Positions 1-11,763 are shown, counted from the stretch's first letter. The stretch: DNA of 64,000 bases from an uncultured Solibacteraceae bacterium (GCA_963853855.1 CAWKYG010000039.1:6943-70942); one strand, 5' to 3'. Notes: a model not told the origin generated them from the sequence alone. Numbers and translations: made by a program.

Positions 1-71
1 TCCCATAACACGGCGCGACACTTCAGAGACGCGACCGTGAGGGAGCGTTTTCCGCCCCTAAGCCGGGCTTG

Positions 72-866
72 TCAATTCGCCGAGGGCCTCTCCACGTGAT
101 CGATAACGACAGTGTCAAACGGAGCTGTGGCTGGTTCCAGCTTCAGGCCCATCTGTTCCTGAATAGCCGTAGTCAGAGCCGGGGGGTCATTGGGCCCGGC
201 TTCCTGAGGCTGATTCTCAACAACGAACTGCAAAGTGAAATCGTAGGGAGCCTCGAGCCCGGTCTTATCGATGATCGGTCGGTCGGTGTAGGCGCCGAGC
301 TGCTGGTCGATCAACTGCTGCATGGTCATATGCGTGGCGGCAATCCGGACCCCCAGCCTTCCCGCACCCGACGACACGAAATTGAACTTTTCGTCCACCG
401 CGCTCGCCTTCAATCTCGGCCCGCCCCTCTTGACTAAGAGATTGTAGATCGGCAGTTCCTTTTGCACGTGATGAACCCGCAATCGGAATCGATCCGCAAG
501 CAGCGTCTGAAGCATCTGCCGGAACACCGCGAGCGGCGGCGGAGTGTCCCCGGAAGCTTTCGCGATCACCTGGTACAACTCGGAGTATGCCAGAACGCCA
601 CTCTTTACCCACGCTGGCCCACCGGAGAGTTGCACGTCGTGCAGGTTATATGCGAAGGTCACCAGACTAAACACCGAAACGTGCTCGGCATCGAGAGTGT
701 CGCCGCGCACGAAGATGCCGGCGCTACCCTGCCCCCTGTACGCCTGTGGCTTGACCGACGCGACGTCGAATTTTGGGACGGGAACGGACTGAGCGAAGCT
801 GTTGTGCAGGTGCAGCAGCGCGATCGCAGGTATAATTCCGGCAAGAGTCAACGGCCAGCGCATTGA
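72..866 (-). CDS. TIGR03435-family secreted protein (copy 1)
   Basis: ORF 72..959(-). The Met at 866 gives a signal-peptide-like MRWPLTLAGIIPAIALL. Blocks FDVASVKP, LADRFRLRVH, IDKTGL and AIQEQMGLKLEP are also present in the second copy at 31918..32638. Confidence 0.75.
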   Translation of the reverse strand, partial: SMRWPLTLAGIIPAIALLHLHNSFAQSVPVPKFDVASVKPQAYRGQGSAGIFVRGDTLDAEHVSVFSLVTFAYNLHDVQLSGGPAWVKSGVLAYSELYQVIAKASGDTPPPLAVFRQMLQTLLADRFRLRVHHVQKELPIYNLLVKRGGPRLKASAVDEKFNFVSSGAGRLGVRIAATHMTMQQLIDQQLGAYTDRPIIDKTGLEAPYDFTLQFVVENQPQEAGPNDPPALTTAIQEQMGLKLEPATAPFDTVVIDHVERPSAN

Positions 867-1021
867 CCTGTCCTCGCACTCAATATAACGGATTCTCTCA
901 CTTACCCCGGGACGCCAGTCACCGCACTTGTAGTTTATTTTTCGCTCAGAACAAATCACTTACACCCAACCTCGCCGGAATCCAAAACCCCGCATGATCC
1001 AATGAAATTGGAGGTAGCTCT

Positions 1022-1678
1022 ATGGAAGATCAACTTACAGCACTGAAACCGCGCGACCCCCGCGCTCTGAACGCTTATCGGCACGGCCTCACAGGCCAGG
1101 TCCTCATCCTCACTCCGGAAGATGAAGCCGCCTACAAGGCCCACTGCCACAACCTCCACGAATTCTGGGCCCCCGTCGGAGGCATGGAAATCGAACTCGT
1201 CCAGGAGATCGCCGATGATCGCTGGCGCCTCAAGCACGCCGCCGCCCTCATCAACAACGGCTTCGCTCTCGGCATGACCCGCCCCGATACCATCACCGCC
1301 CACCACCCCGAAATCGACGCCGCCTTCGCCCAAACCCGCACCTGGCACGACGACCAGAAAAGCCTCGCCCTCCTCAGCCTCTACCAGCAGCGCATCAAGA
1401 ACAAGGAAACCAAAACCACCACCCTCCTCCGCCAGTTGCAGCAGGAGCGCCGCGAAGCCCTAAAGCAAGCCGTAGAAGAAGCCGCCCTCCTGGCCCAACT
1501 CGCCGCAAGCAAAGCAGAATCCTTCGATATCCAACGCGATCTCCCCCACTTAACCAGCTACCCCCAATTTGATTTTTCAGCCCCCGAACTCGCCCCCTTA
1601 ATCCTCCACGCCCAGCGCCTGGCCGAGGCGAGAAAGCTCTTCCAAAGGCCCCAAAAACCCCAACGTATGGCCGCTTAA
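1022..1678 (+). CDS. hypothetical protein (helical, no recognisable domain)
   Basis: 218-aa ORF with non-repetitive, protein-like composition, divergent from the TIGR03435 gene. No motif recognised. Confidence 0.45.
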   Translation: MEDQLTALKPRDPRALNAYRHGLTGQVLILTPEDEAAYKAHCHNLHEFWAPVGGMEIELVQEIADDRWRLKHAAALINNGFALGMTRPDTITAHHPEIDAAFAQTRTWHDDQKSLALLSLYQQRIKNKETKTTTLLRQLQQERREALKQAVEEAALLAQLAASKAESFDIQRDLPHLTSYPQFDFSAPELAPLILHAQRLAEARKLFQRPQKPQRMAA

Positions 1679-1742
1679 CTAACTTGACTAATCCCCCACC
1701 CCCAACCCCCACCCCTAACCCCGCGCGCGAAGCGCGCCCTCC

Positions 1743-4182
1743 CTACTCCCCGTAAAACGCGTTGAAGAAGAACTTGTACGCCGCGTGCGATTGGCCGCGC
1801 CACTGCGGCTTGAATCCCAGCAGAATCACGTGGCCCTTGCCGTAATCCGCCTCGAGCGCCGCGGCCTTGCCTTCCAGGCGGTCCGGTCCCGCCAGGTACC
1901 CGCTCTCCAGCGGCGACCGTTCCTGCGGATAGCGCGCCAGCACCGTGCCTTTGAAATCCGGTCTTGGTGTCGAACGCCGGGCCGCGCTCGAACATCACGA
2001 TCGGTGTCCGGCAGCCAGTCCCGCCGTCAGCGGATTCTTCGCGTCTTCGATGTGCACCGTCAGCAGGCAGCCGGAGCAGAAGAACTGGTCCGCGCGCAGC
2101 CCGGCCAGCGCGTTCGTCACCGGCAGCTTGAACTGGTTGATGGCGAACATGCGACGCGTTGTTGAAGGTCGACCAGCGTGCCGCCGTCCGTCGACGAAAT
2201 CGCGCAGCTCCTGGACGCCCTCCTCGCCGATGCCGCCGGCGTAGCGCTCCGGAATGGTGCCCGGACGGTGGCCGTCGATGATCTGCGCGCTCGCTGATAT
2301 CGGGAATCACGATGGTGTCGTAGTGCTCGCGCAGATGGCCGGCGCGAATGTCGGCGTTGTAGAGGTTGGTGAAGGGGAACTGGTACTGCTCCAGAATCCA
2401 GCGCGTCCAGCCTTCGTCGATGCTGGCGGTCCACGGGCGGTAGAGGCCGACGCGCAGCGGCCTTGACCGGCTTGCCGCCTTCCTTCGCCGCGCCGGCGCG
2501 CAGGTGGTTCTCGCGTCAGGATGCGCGTCCAGCTTGCCCTTGTCGATGCCCGATCGCGCCGATCTCGTCGCCGGACGAACGATCACGGTGCCCTTCGCCG
2601 CCAGAATCTCGTTCACGGCGCGGAAACTGGCGTTGGCGCTCGCGATTGAACGGCGCGGCCAGGCCGTTCGATGTCCTTCACCGGGCGCAGCGAATCGCGG
2701 AACTGCTTGGTCGAGCGGCGTGGTCATGGCGTGCACCTCCACGCCCATCTGGTAGGGCAGCGTCCAGCCGGTGACGTCGTAGGGCCGCTGCGTGAGCGTG
2801 GGATAGACCTGCGGCTCGAACAGCTCCTTCACCAGCCCGGCGAACGGCTGGTCCATCAGGATCACCCAGGCGTCCGGCTTGGCCGATTGATGCACTTCGA
2901 TGCCTTGCAGCATCAGCTTTTCCATCAGCAGCGCGGCGGTGGGCGCGTCGTGCTGCTCGCGCGGAATCTCGTAGGCGAAGGGCGGCTCCTTCTCGAATTT
3001 CTCGATGGTGTCGCGCGCCGCGCGGTACTTGTTGTAAGTCATCTGCTCGCGATACTTCACCGCCAGGTCGAGCACCGCCATGTCGGCCTCGTACATGTAC
3101 CGGCAGGCGTCGGCCAGGCGCCACCATCCGCCCTTCCACGGGCTGGAGTAGAGCATCTCCGTCGCCCAGCCCCTGGCGCGCCGCGGGAAATTCGTCCACG
3201 GTGTAGAAGTGCGGCGTGGCGTAGCGATACAGCGCCGTCTCGGTGAAGAACGAAATGGTGTGGCGGAAGTTGCCGATGTTATCGAGATAGCCCGGATACC
3301 AGACGTCGAAGGTCTCCTGGTGCATCGAGCCGGGCAGGCCGTGATCGTCGAGATACTGCGCGATGGTCATGCCGATCAGGCTCAGCCAGCGCAGCATCAG
3401 CGGATGCATGTTGCCCGAAATCGGGTCGGCGAACGGCGGCAGATAGATGCGGCCCGGGAAACGGCGCCGGTCTGGTGCTGCGTGTAGAACACCAGCGGCT
3501 GGGTTTCGAGCGTCGCCTTGGTGACCTCGCGCGATTCGAGCATGTTCAGCATGTAGCCGTCGCGATTGTTGTCGTGCCCCACGTACTCCTGCCACAGCAC
3601 CGGCAGCGGGCTCACTTCGTACGGCGTGCCGACGATTCTGCGCGATACCAGTTGGCCACGATGCTCTGGCCGTCGGGATTGATGGAGAACCACAGCTCCA
3701 CGATCAGGTTCTGGCGGATGGCCTTGTACATCGGCTCTTCGCGCGGCCACCAGGTCGTAGCCAAGCTGAATGGTGTGCTGGTGATTGGCCACTTCGCTGG
3801 CGTGCAGGCCGCCATCGATGTGGATGATCGGCTTGATCTCGTGCGCCAGCGCGTGCGCCTGCTCGTCGCTGATGCCGCGCGCCAGCGCCAGCCGGCGCGA
3901 GACGTCCTTATAATGATCGAGCTGCGCCAGGTTCTCCGGCGTCGGAAATGAAGGCGATCCACCAGTCGCGGCCCTGCGTGGTCTTGCCGACGTTCACCAG
4001 CTTGATGCGGTTCGGACGCCGCCGCCAGCTTCCGGAAATAGCCCAGCGAGTCTTCGTAGGTGGCCAGATAGAAATCGTCGCCCGGCTTGTGCCCCAGCAC
4101 CGATTCCGGCGTGGGCACCTGCGCCGAACGCGGCCGCGGCGAATAGCGAGGAGTGACTAACGGATCCGAATCTGTCCTTCAT
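1743..4182 (-). pseudogene. M14-like zinc carboxypeptidase family protein, paralog A; reading frame broken many times
   Basis: Homologous pieces are spread over the minus-strand ORFs 1743..1943, 1675..3156, 2678..3595, 3397..3792 and 3612..4118. Recognisable blocks include PTPESVLGHKPGDDFYL, WFSINPDGQ, YVGHDNNRDGYMLNM, FRHTISFFTETALYRYATPHFY, SSPWKGGWWRL, DEGWTRWILEQYQFPF and GFKPQWRGQSHAAYKFFFNAFY. The ATG at 4180-4182 starts a signal-like MKDRFGSVSHSSLFAAAAFG. Confidence 0.7.
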
Positions 4183-7100
4183 GGCACCACCGCCAGTTTG
4201 TATTGATCGAGCAGATCTTCCAGCTTCGTCGCGCTGAAATCCTTGGTCCGCAAGTCCACCGCGAACTTGCTGAAGCTGCGCCGAGTACGTGGCTTCGCTG
4301 CGCGACAGCGGCGGCATCTTCCACCTGCGCGCGCAGATCGTCGAGCAGCGGCAGGCGGTCGCGCTGGAACGCATCGAGCGCCGTCTCCAGCTTCTTGCCT
4401 TCGCTCCGCCGCCGCCGGACCGCGCGCCGTGAAGTAGGCGCGATTCTGATCCAGCCAGCCGCGTCAGTTCCGTCTTCACCGACTTCGGCTTCGCGTCGCC
4501 ACGCCGTCTGCTGCGCGATTCCGCCGCCCCTGCCGCCGCGCCCCCCTCCGCCGGCCGGCGTCTCCGGCGCCATCGACGGGTTGTAATACAGCGCGTTGAA
4601 GAGGAACTTGTAGGTGCCGTGCGATTGGCCGCGCCACTGCGGCCGGAAGCCCAGCATGATGATGTGGCCCTTGCCGTAATTGGCGTCGAGCGCCGCGGCC
4701 TTGCCCTTGAATCCGCTCCGCGCCCAGCAGAAAGCCGCTGAGCAGCGGATTGCGGTCTTTCACGTAACTCGGCCAGCACCTTGCCGCGGAATGCCGGCTT
4801 GCGTGTCGAACACCGGATTGCGTTCGAACATCACCGGCCGGGCTCGGCGGCAGCCCCGCCACCACGGGATGCGTCGGCTCCTTGATTTCGGTGCGCAGCA
4901 GCGAGCCGGAGCAGAAGAACTGGTCCTGCCGCAGCCCCGCCACCACGTTCGTCACCGGCAGGTTGAACTGCTCGATGGCGAACAGCGCGGCGTTGCCCAG
5001 CGTCACCAGCGTGCCGCCCTCGGTGACGAAATCGCGCAGCGCCTGCGCGCCCGTCCTCGCCGATGCCGCCCGCATACTGCCCCGGCACCGTGCCCGGCGC
5101 GCATGCCGTCCATGATCTGGCGCGTGCCCATCTCGGCGAATCACGATGGTGTCGAACTGCTCGCGCAGATGGCCGGCCTGCACGTCGGCGTTGTGCAGAC
5201 GCGTGAAGGGGAAGTGGAACTGCTCCAGGATCCAGCGCGTCCAGCCCTCGTCGATATTGCCGCCCCAGGGCTCGTAAATGCCGATGCGCGGCTTCTTCAC
5301 CGGCCACGCATCCGGCGCCTCCTTCACCGAATTGGCGTCCACGCCGTCCTTCTGCAGAATCGGCGCCGCGTTGCCCGTGGCGTAGATGGTGCCGTCGGTT
5401 TTGCCGAAGCTCACCGTGCCGCCCGCGGCCAGAATATCGTTCACCGCGCTTGCAGCGCCGCATTGCGTATTGTGCGAGAACGCGAACACCGGGCCCGGAG
5501 CCTTCCACTTTTCCCGCGATCGGCTCGACGCGGTCGATCTTGCGCAGCGTGCGCGCGCGTTTCGTCGCTGACCGGCTCGCGCCACCGCGACCACTTCGAC
5601 GCCCATCTGCATCGGCAGCGTCCAGCCGGTGACGTCGTAGGGCAGCTGCGCCGGCGGCGGCTGGCCGCCCGCGGCCGCTGCCGCCCGCCGCGCCGCGACC
5701 GCCGCCCGCCGCCTCCGCCGCCGCCACCCGCGCCGCGCCCGCCGCCGCGCTGCTGCCGCGGGAGCCGCCGCTGCCGCAGCCGGTGTAGCCGCCGGTGCTG
5801 CCGCGGCCGCCGCTCCGGCCGCCCCACGACCTCCGCCGCCCGCGCCGCCGTCCGCCCGCCGCCGTCGGCCGCCGATCGGCCGGCGGATGCGGAATCTGCG
5901 GATACTTCTGCACGTCGAACAGCTCCTTCACCAGCGCCGCGAACGGCTGATCCATCAGCACCACCCAATCGCCTTCCTTGATACGTGGCGCCGTTGGCCG
6001 TGAACTCGCGCGTCGCCTGGTGCACCTCGATGCCGTCGATCATCAGCTTCTCCACCAGCGTCGCCGCCGTCGGGCGTGTCGCGCTGCTCGCGCGGAATGA
6101 TGTACGCGTACGGCGGATCCTTGGTGAAGCGCGCGATCACGTCGCGGCCCGCGCGGTAGCGGTCGTAGAGCAGCTCCTCGCGATTCTTCGCCGCCGTATC
6201 CAGCACCGCCATCGACGCGCCCAGCATGTACCGCACGGCATCGCCCAGCCGCCACCAGCCGCCCGTCCACGGGCTCGAGTAGAACACCTCCGTGCGCAGA
6301 TCCTGCTTGTCGCGCGGGAAACTCGTCGGTGGTGTAGAAGTGCGGCGTGGCGTAGCGATAGAGCGCCGTCTCGGTGAGGAAGGAAACCGTATTGCGGAAA
6401 TTGTTCACGTGGTCCACGAAGCCCGGGATACCAGTCGTCGAAGCGCCCGCGATGCATCGCGCCGGGCATGTCGTGCTCGTCCAGCTAGGCCGCCATCGCC
6501 GTGCCGAACACGTTCACCCAGCGGTACATCAGCGGATGCGGATTCGAGCGACACCGGATCGCCGAACGGCGGAATCCAGATGCGCGCGGGAAACGGCGCC
6601 GTCTGGTGATGGTTGTAAAAGACCGTCGGGATAATATTCCAGCTCCGTGCGCGGTGATCACCTGCGACTCGATCATGTTGTTCATGTAGCCGTCGCGATT
6701 GTTGTCGTGCCCGATGTATTCCTGCCACAGGCCCGGCATGTTGCTCACTTCGTACGGCGTGCCCAGGTTGCTGCGGTACCACTTGACCACCATGTTCTGG
6801 CCGTCGGGATTGATGGAGAACCACAGCAGCAGAATCACGTTGTCGAGAATGGCGGTGGTCTCCGGGTCGGTGGCCGGTCACCAGGTTGTAGGCGAGTTGG
6901 ATGGTCGTGCTGCGCCGGCGCCACTTCGGTGGCGTGCAGGCCGCCATCGATGTGCACGATCACTTTGCCGTTGTGCGCCAGCTCGTGCGCCTGCGCGTCG
7001 GTCAGGCCCTTCACCAGCGCCAGCCGCCGCGCCGTGTCCTTGTACTTATCGAGGTCGGCCAGGTTTTCGGCCGAGCGAGATGATGGCGATATACCAATCG

Positions 7101-7304
7101 CGCCCCTCGCGTGGTCTTGCCCACGCGCACCAGCTTCAGCTTGTCGGTGGACTGCGCCAGCTTCTGGAAATAGCCCAGCGATTCGTCGTAGCTGGCGAGG
7201 TAGAAATCGTCGCCCGGCTTGTGGCCCAGCACCGATTCGGGAGTCGGCGCTTGGGCCAGCGCGACGGCAAATGGAAACACGAGTAGCGCGGCGGCAAGTT
7301 TCAT
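4179..7304 (-). pseudogene. M14-like zinc carboxypeptidase family protein, paralog B, with Gly/Arg-rich insert and C-terminal extension; reading frame broken many times
   Basis: It has the same blocks as paralog A: MKLAAALLVFPFAVALAQAPTPESVLGHKPGDDFYL at 7304 downward, WFSINPDGQNMV, YIGHDNNRDGYMNNM, SSPWTGGWWRL, DEGWTRWILEQFHFPF and GFRPQWRGQSHGTYKFLFNALY. The pieces lie in at least three frames. The reconstructed end ...KLEDLLDQYKLAVVP-TGA overlaps the ATG of paralog A (ATGA at 4179-4182). Confidence 0.7.
5646..5890. repeat. GC-rich low-complexity tract (GCC/GCG/CCG runs) encoding a Gly/Ala/Arg-rich insert in M14 paralog B
   Basis: About 245 nt composed almost only of G and C. It is absent from the equivalent place in paralog A (around 2790). 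All three minus-strand frames read G/A/R-rich strings. Confidence 0.8.
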
Positions 7305-8525
7305 AAGAAGATCTAGCCTACCACGCCGGCTCGCCGCGCTCATCATCGCCATCACTCCGGCCCCGCACACAAAGAATGCCGAGGTGAACCCCAGCGCGGC
7401 GCCGATGCCATACCGGTCGGCGAGCGCCCCCACCGTGGCCGGGGCGATGGCGCTGATGGCGCGGCCGGCATTGTAAGAGAAGCCTTGTGCCGTCGCGCGG
7501 CTCCAGGCCGGAAACATTTCCGCGGCGATTACACCCAGGGAGCTGAAATATCCGTGACCGAAAAACCCGATCAATGGGCCCATGGCCAGCAGAATCGCCG
7601 CGCTTTTGGAGCACAGTCCGTACACCGGAATCAGCGCAGCCGTAGTAAGCACGAAGGTCAGGAAAGCCGCCTTGCGGCCCACGCGGTCGGCGAAATAGCC
7701 GAACAGGATATACCCGAAGAATGCGCCGATCTGCATGGGAAAAAGCCACGCGGAAGACTTCACGATTCCCAGTCCCGCGCCGCCGCGCGCCAGCGGACTC
7801 GCCAGGTACGTGGGAATCCACGTGAACAATCCCCAGTATCCGAACAGCAGGCAGCAGCACAGCGCCGTCAGCAGGCTCAAGCGGCCCAACAGCGGCGGCC
7901 GCAGCAAAGGCCGTATCGATGCATGAGGCCTTGCGCTGCCCTTCCGCCATTCGGCCGATTCCGGTATATTGCGCCGGATCCACCACGTGAAAAACGCCGG
8001 CAGCACGCCCAGCAGAAACAGCGGCCGCCAGCCCCACCGCGGCAGCACCACCGCCGCCATCAGCGAGGCCGCCATATAGCCGAGGGCCCACCCCGATTGC
8101 ATCAGCCCGATCCCTTTCGAGCGGTGCTCCTCAGGCCAGGTTTCCGCCACCAGCACCGACCCGGCGGCCCATTCGCCGCCCAGCCCGATGCCCGCCAGCG
8201 AGCGCCAGAAAATCAACTGCGCCACGGTCCGCGAAGTGGCCGTGAGCGCGGTGAGCACCGAAAAGCACAGGATCGACCACGCCAGCGTCCGCGCGCGTCC
8301 ATACCGGTCAGCCAGATAGCCGAACGCCAGCCCGCCCAGCGCGGAAGTCACCATGGGTACGGCGGCAATCGCGCCGGCCGCCGCCGAGCTGATCTGAAAC
8401 TCCGAACGCACCGCCGTCAGCGCGAACGAGTACAGCAGCACGTCCATCGCATCCAGCAGGTAGCCCAGTTGGGCGGCCAACAGGACGCGCCACTCGTCGC
8501 GGCGAATCTCGTGATACCAGGGCAA
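7305..8525 (-). CDS. MFS transporter
   Basis: N-terminal 400 aa of ORF 7011..8525(-), with about 12 hydrophobic segments and the MFS-type GYLADRYGRAR and FADRVGRK loops. There is no in-frame stop before the signal peptide of M14 paralog B, so the C-terminus is uncertain. An out-of-frame TAG lies at 7313-7315. Confidence 0.8.
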
Positions 8526-8540
8526 GACTCCGAGTATAGT

Positions 8541-10229
8541 TCAGGCGGCGCTGTAGACCGTCCTGCCCCCTACCACCGTGCGCACGATCTGAATGTCCTT
8601 GATCTTCTCCTTGTCCACCTGGAAAAGATCGTCCGACAGCACCACGAAGTCCGCCAGTTTGCCCGCCGTGATCGAGCCTTTGATGGCCTCCTCGTGGGAG
8701 TTGTACGCGCCGTTGAGCGTGTTCACCCGCAGCGCTTCCTCCACCGTGATCCGCTGGTTGGCGCCCCACGTTTTCCCGTCCCAACCCGGTGCGCGTCACC
8801 ATGCCCTGAATGGCCATGCGCGGGTCGAACGGTCCCGGACTGAAGTCGGAGCCCGCCGCCGCGGGAATTCCGGCATCCAGGAAACTGCGGTAGGCCATGC
8901 AGCGCTTCATGAGCTCTTCGCCGTAGAACGCGAACTTGTCGGAATTGTAATAGGCGTACGTCGTGAACGGCGCCGGCACCACGCCCGCCGCCTTGATGCG
9001 CCGCACCAGGTCGTCGTTGATCAGGGTGCAATGGGTGATCTTCGGGCGCGCATCCGCTCGCGGAAAGAGGCGTTGCGCGCGCTCCACCGCGGTCATCACC
9101 ATGTCGATGGCCACATCGCCATTGGCGTGGCAGTTCACCTGGATGCCCGCGCGGTGCACGCGCTCGATCCAGGCATTCAGGTCGTCCTGCGTCTCGGTGA
9201 GGTTGCCCTTGTACGGCGGCGTCGACGCCGGGATACGGCGTGCTGAGCGCCATGGTGCGCTCGGAGAACGACCCGTCCACGGTGTGCTCGCGAGGTGGCG
9301 CCCAGCCGGATCCACTCGTCGCCGAAAACCGGTCATGATGCCGCCCGCGATCATCGCCTCCAGCACTCTTCCGCTGGCTTCGTAGCTCACGCGGTGCAGC
9401 AGTTCGCCGCGCGCCCGCACCTCCTGCAGCGCCGCCAGATTGCCGCCCTCGTGGTGGACGCTGGTCACGCCGTAGCGCACGAACTGCTTGGAGATGTACG
9501 CCAGCCCGTCGCGGTCGCGCTGCGCGCGTCTGCTCTTCGGTGAAGGCGGCCGCTTGCCGACCCGGTTGAGCGCGCCCATGGCGCGGTCGGTCACGCGGCC
9601 GTTGAGGTCGCCCTCGGCGTCGCGGTCGAAGGTGCCGCCGGGCGGATTCGGCGTGTTCCGGTTGATGTCCGCCATCTCCAGGGCCTTGCTGTTGTAGAAG
9701 CGCCGTATGGCCGCCGCGATGATGCACCGCCACCGGATGGTCCTTCGATACCTGGTCCAGGTCGTGAACGTTGAGCTGGCGATTGTCTTTCAACTTGGTG
9801 TCGTCGAAGAAATATCCTTCCACCCAGGTGCCCGGCGGCGTCTCGCGGGCCTTGGCGCGCAGCTTGTCCACGATGCTGGCGATGGTCACGAACTCCACCA
9901 CGTAGGGGTTGCCGACCACCACCTCGTAGAGCAACACGTTCCCCGGCGCGTGATTGTGGCAGTCGATGAATCCGGGCACGATGGTCATCTGCCGCGCGTC
10001 AAAGGTCTGGGTGGCCTTGCCGACGAGCGCCTTGATTTCCGCGTTGCTCCCCACGGCGGCGAAGCGGCCGCGATTTGACGGCGAACGCTTCGGCCTTCGG
10101 CGCGCGGGAATCCACCGTGTAGACTTTGGCGTTGAACACCACCAGGTCGGAGTCCTGCGTTTCGGCGGCCAGTATGCCACTGGCGAGGCCCGCGCCCGCC
10201 AGGCCGAGGAATCCCCTGCGATTGGTCAT
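8541..10229 (-). pseudogene. amidohydrolase-family (YtcJ-like metal-dependent hydrolase) protein with Tat-type signal; several frameshifts
   Basis: Pieces lie in ORFs 9999..10229 (MTNRRGFLGLAGAGLASG), 8723..10180 (VPGFIDCHNHAPG), 8308..9675 (NCHANGDVAIDMV..., ITHCTLI, AAGSDFSPGPFDP) and 8541..8744 (TAGKLADFVVLSDD...GGRTVY). Confidence 0.75.
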
Positions 10230-10268
10230 GCTCGTTCCCCTCCAGTCTCGTATGATAGCCTTACAGCG

Positions 10269-11763
10269 ATGAACCCTCTGACCCGTCGCGACGCTCTCAC
10301 GGGGATGGCCGCCGCGTCGCTCTGTTCCGGGGCCGCGGAGGCGCAGTCCGCGGCGTCTCCCCTGTGCTTCACCAGCGCGGTAGAGATGGCGCGGATGATC
10401 CGCACCCGGAAGCTATCGGCGCGCGAAGCTCTGGCCGCGCACCTGAAGCAGATCGAGCGGATCAACCCGAAAGTGAACGCCATCGTGACGCTGGTGCCGG
10501 AAATGGCTGCCGAAGCCGCCGCCAGGGCCGATGAGATGCAGGCGCGCGGCGAGAAACTGGGGCCGCTGCACGGGCTGCCCGTGGCGCACAAAGACCTCAT
10601 GGAAACCCGCGGCATTCGCACCACCTTCGGCTCGCCGCTCTTCCAGGATCACATTCCCACCGAAGACGACCTCGTAGTCGAACGCATGCGGCATGCGGGC
10701 GCGATGATCGTCGGCAAGACCAACACGCCGGAGTTCGGCGCGGGGTCGCAAACCTTCAACAAGGTGTTCGGCGCGACCCACAATCCCTACGACCTGACGA
10801 AGACGTGCGGCGGATCTTCGGGCGGCGCGGCCGTCGCGCTGGCGTGCGGTATGGTGCCCGTGGCCAGCGGCTCCGATATGGGCGGTTCGCTGCGCAATCC
10901 GGCCGCGTTTTGCAACGTGGTGGGCTTCCGGCCCTCCGTCGGCCGCGTGCCGAATCCCAAGGCGGAAGTGGCGTGGTCCACGCTGAGCACCTCGGGATGC
11001 CTGGGCCGTTCGGTGGCCGACCTGGCGCTGGCGCTGAGCACCATCGCCGGTCCGGATTCCCGTTCGCCGCTCTCCATCGACGAACCCGGAGAATTGTTCG
11101 CGCGCCCGCTGGACCGCAGCTTCAAAGGCGTGCGCGTGGCATGGTTCAAGGACCTGGGCGGAGTGCCTTTCGACGCGCGCGTGCGCGCCGTGGTGGACAA
11201 ACACCGGGCCACCTTCGAATCGCTGGGCTGCGTCGTGGAGCAGGCGGAGCCGGATTTCGCTCCCGCCGAAATCTCCTTTCGCACGCTGCGCGCCTGGAAT
11301 TCGGCGATCGCTTACGGAGCGCGCTGCAAGCGCATCCCGACGGTTTCAAGGACACGCTGAAGGGCGAGATCGAAGAGGGCCTGCGGCTCACCGGCGTGCA
11401 ACTCGCCCATGCCGAGGCGGCTCATGCGCAAGATCTGGCGCGGCTTTCAGGCCTTCCTGGAAAAGTACGAATACTTCGTGCTGCCCACGACCCAGCTACC
11501 GCCGTTCGATATCGACACGCCCTACCCCACAGAGATCGCCGGGGTAAAGTTCGAGAACTACATCGACTGGATGAAGTCCTGCTGGTACATCTCGGCGACG
11601 GGCAATCCCGCGGCTTCGGTGCCCGCCGGATTCACACCGGAAGGCCTACCGGTAGGAGTGCAGATCGTGGGCCGCGAACAAGGCGGATTTCAGCGTTCTG
11701 CAAATGGCCCACGCCTTCGAACAGGCCACGGGCTTCGGCAAACAGCGCCCGGCGATTGCGTAA
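10269..11763 (+). pseudogene. amidase-signature family amidase with Tat-like signal; about 3 frameshifts near the 3' end
   Basis: MNPLTRRDALTGMAAASL, GLPVAHKDL, GKTNTPEFG and the GGSSGGAAVALA...GSDMGGSLRNPA signature occur in ORF 9954..11360. The protein continues in 10805..11812 and 11409..11777. The last piece, ADFSVLQMAHAFEQATGFGKQRPAIA, ends at TAA 11761-11763. Confidence 0.8.

Noticed and set aside
7485-8843. Long antisense or overlapping ORFs in the six-frame track, for example 7485..8843(+), 12658..13620(-), 14290..15267(-), 19900..21384(-), 21524..22900(-), 35340..36551(-), 36172..37383(-), 38338..39606(-), 56564..57886(-) and 59155..60153(-).
   Set aside because: All lie opposite genes with clear family motifs. 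They have Arg/Gly/Pro/Ala-rich low-complexity translations typical of shadow ORFs in high-GC DNA, and none shows a recognisable motif.
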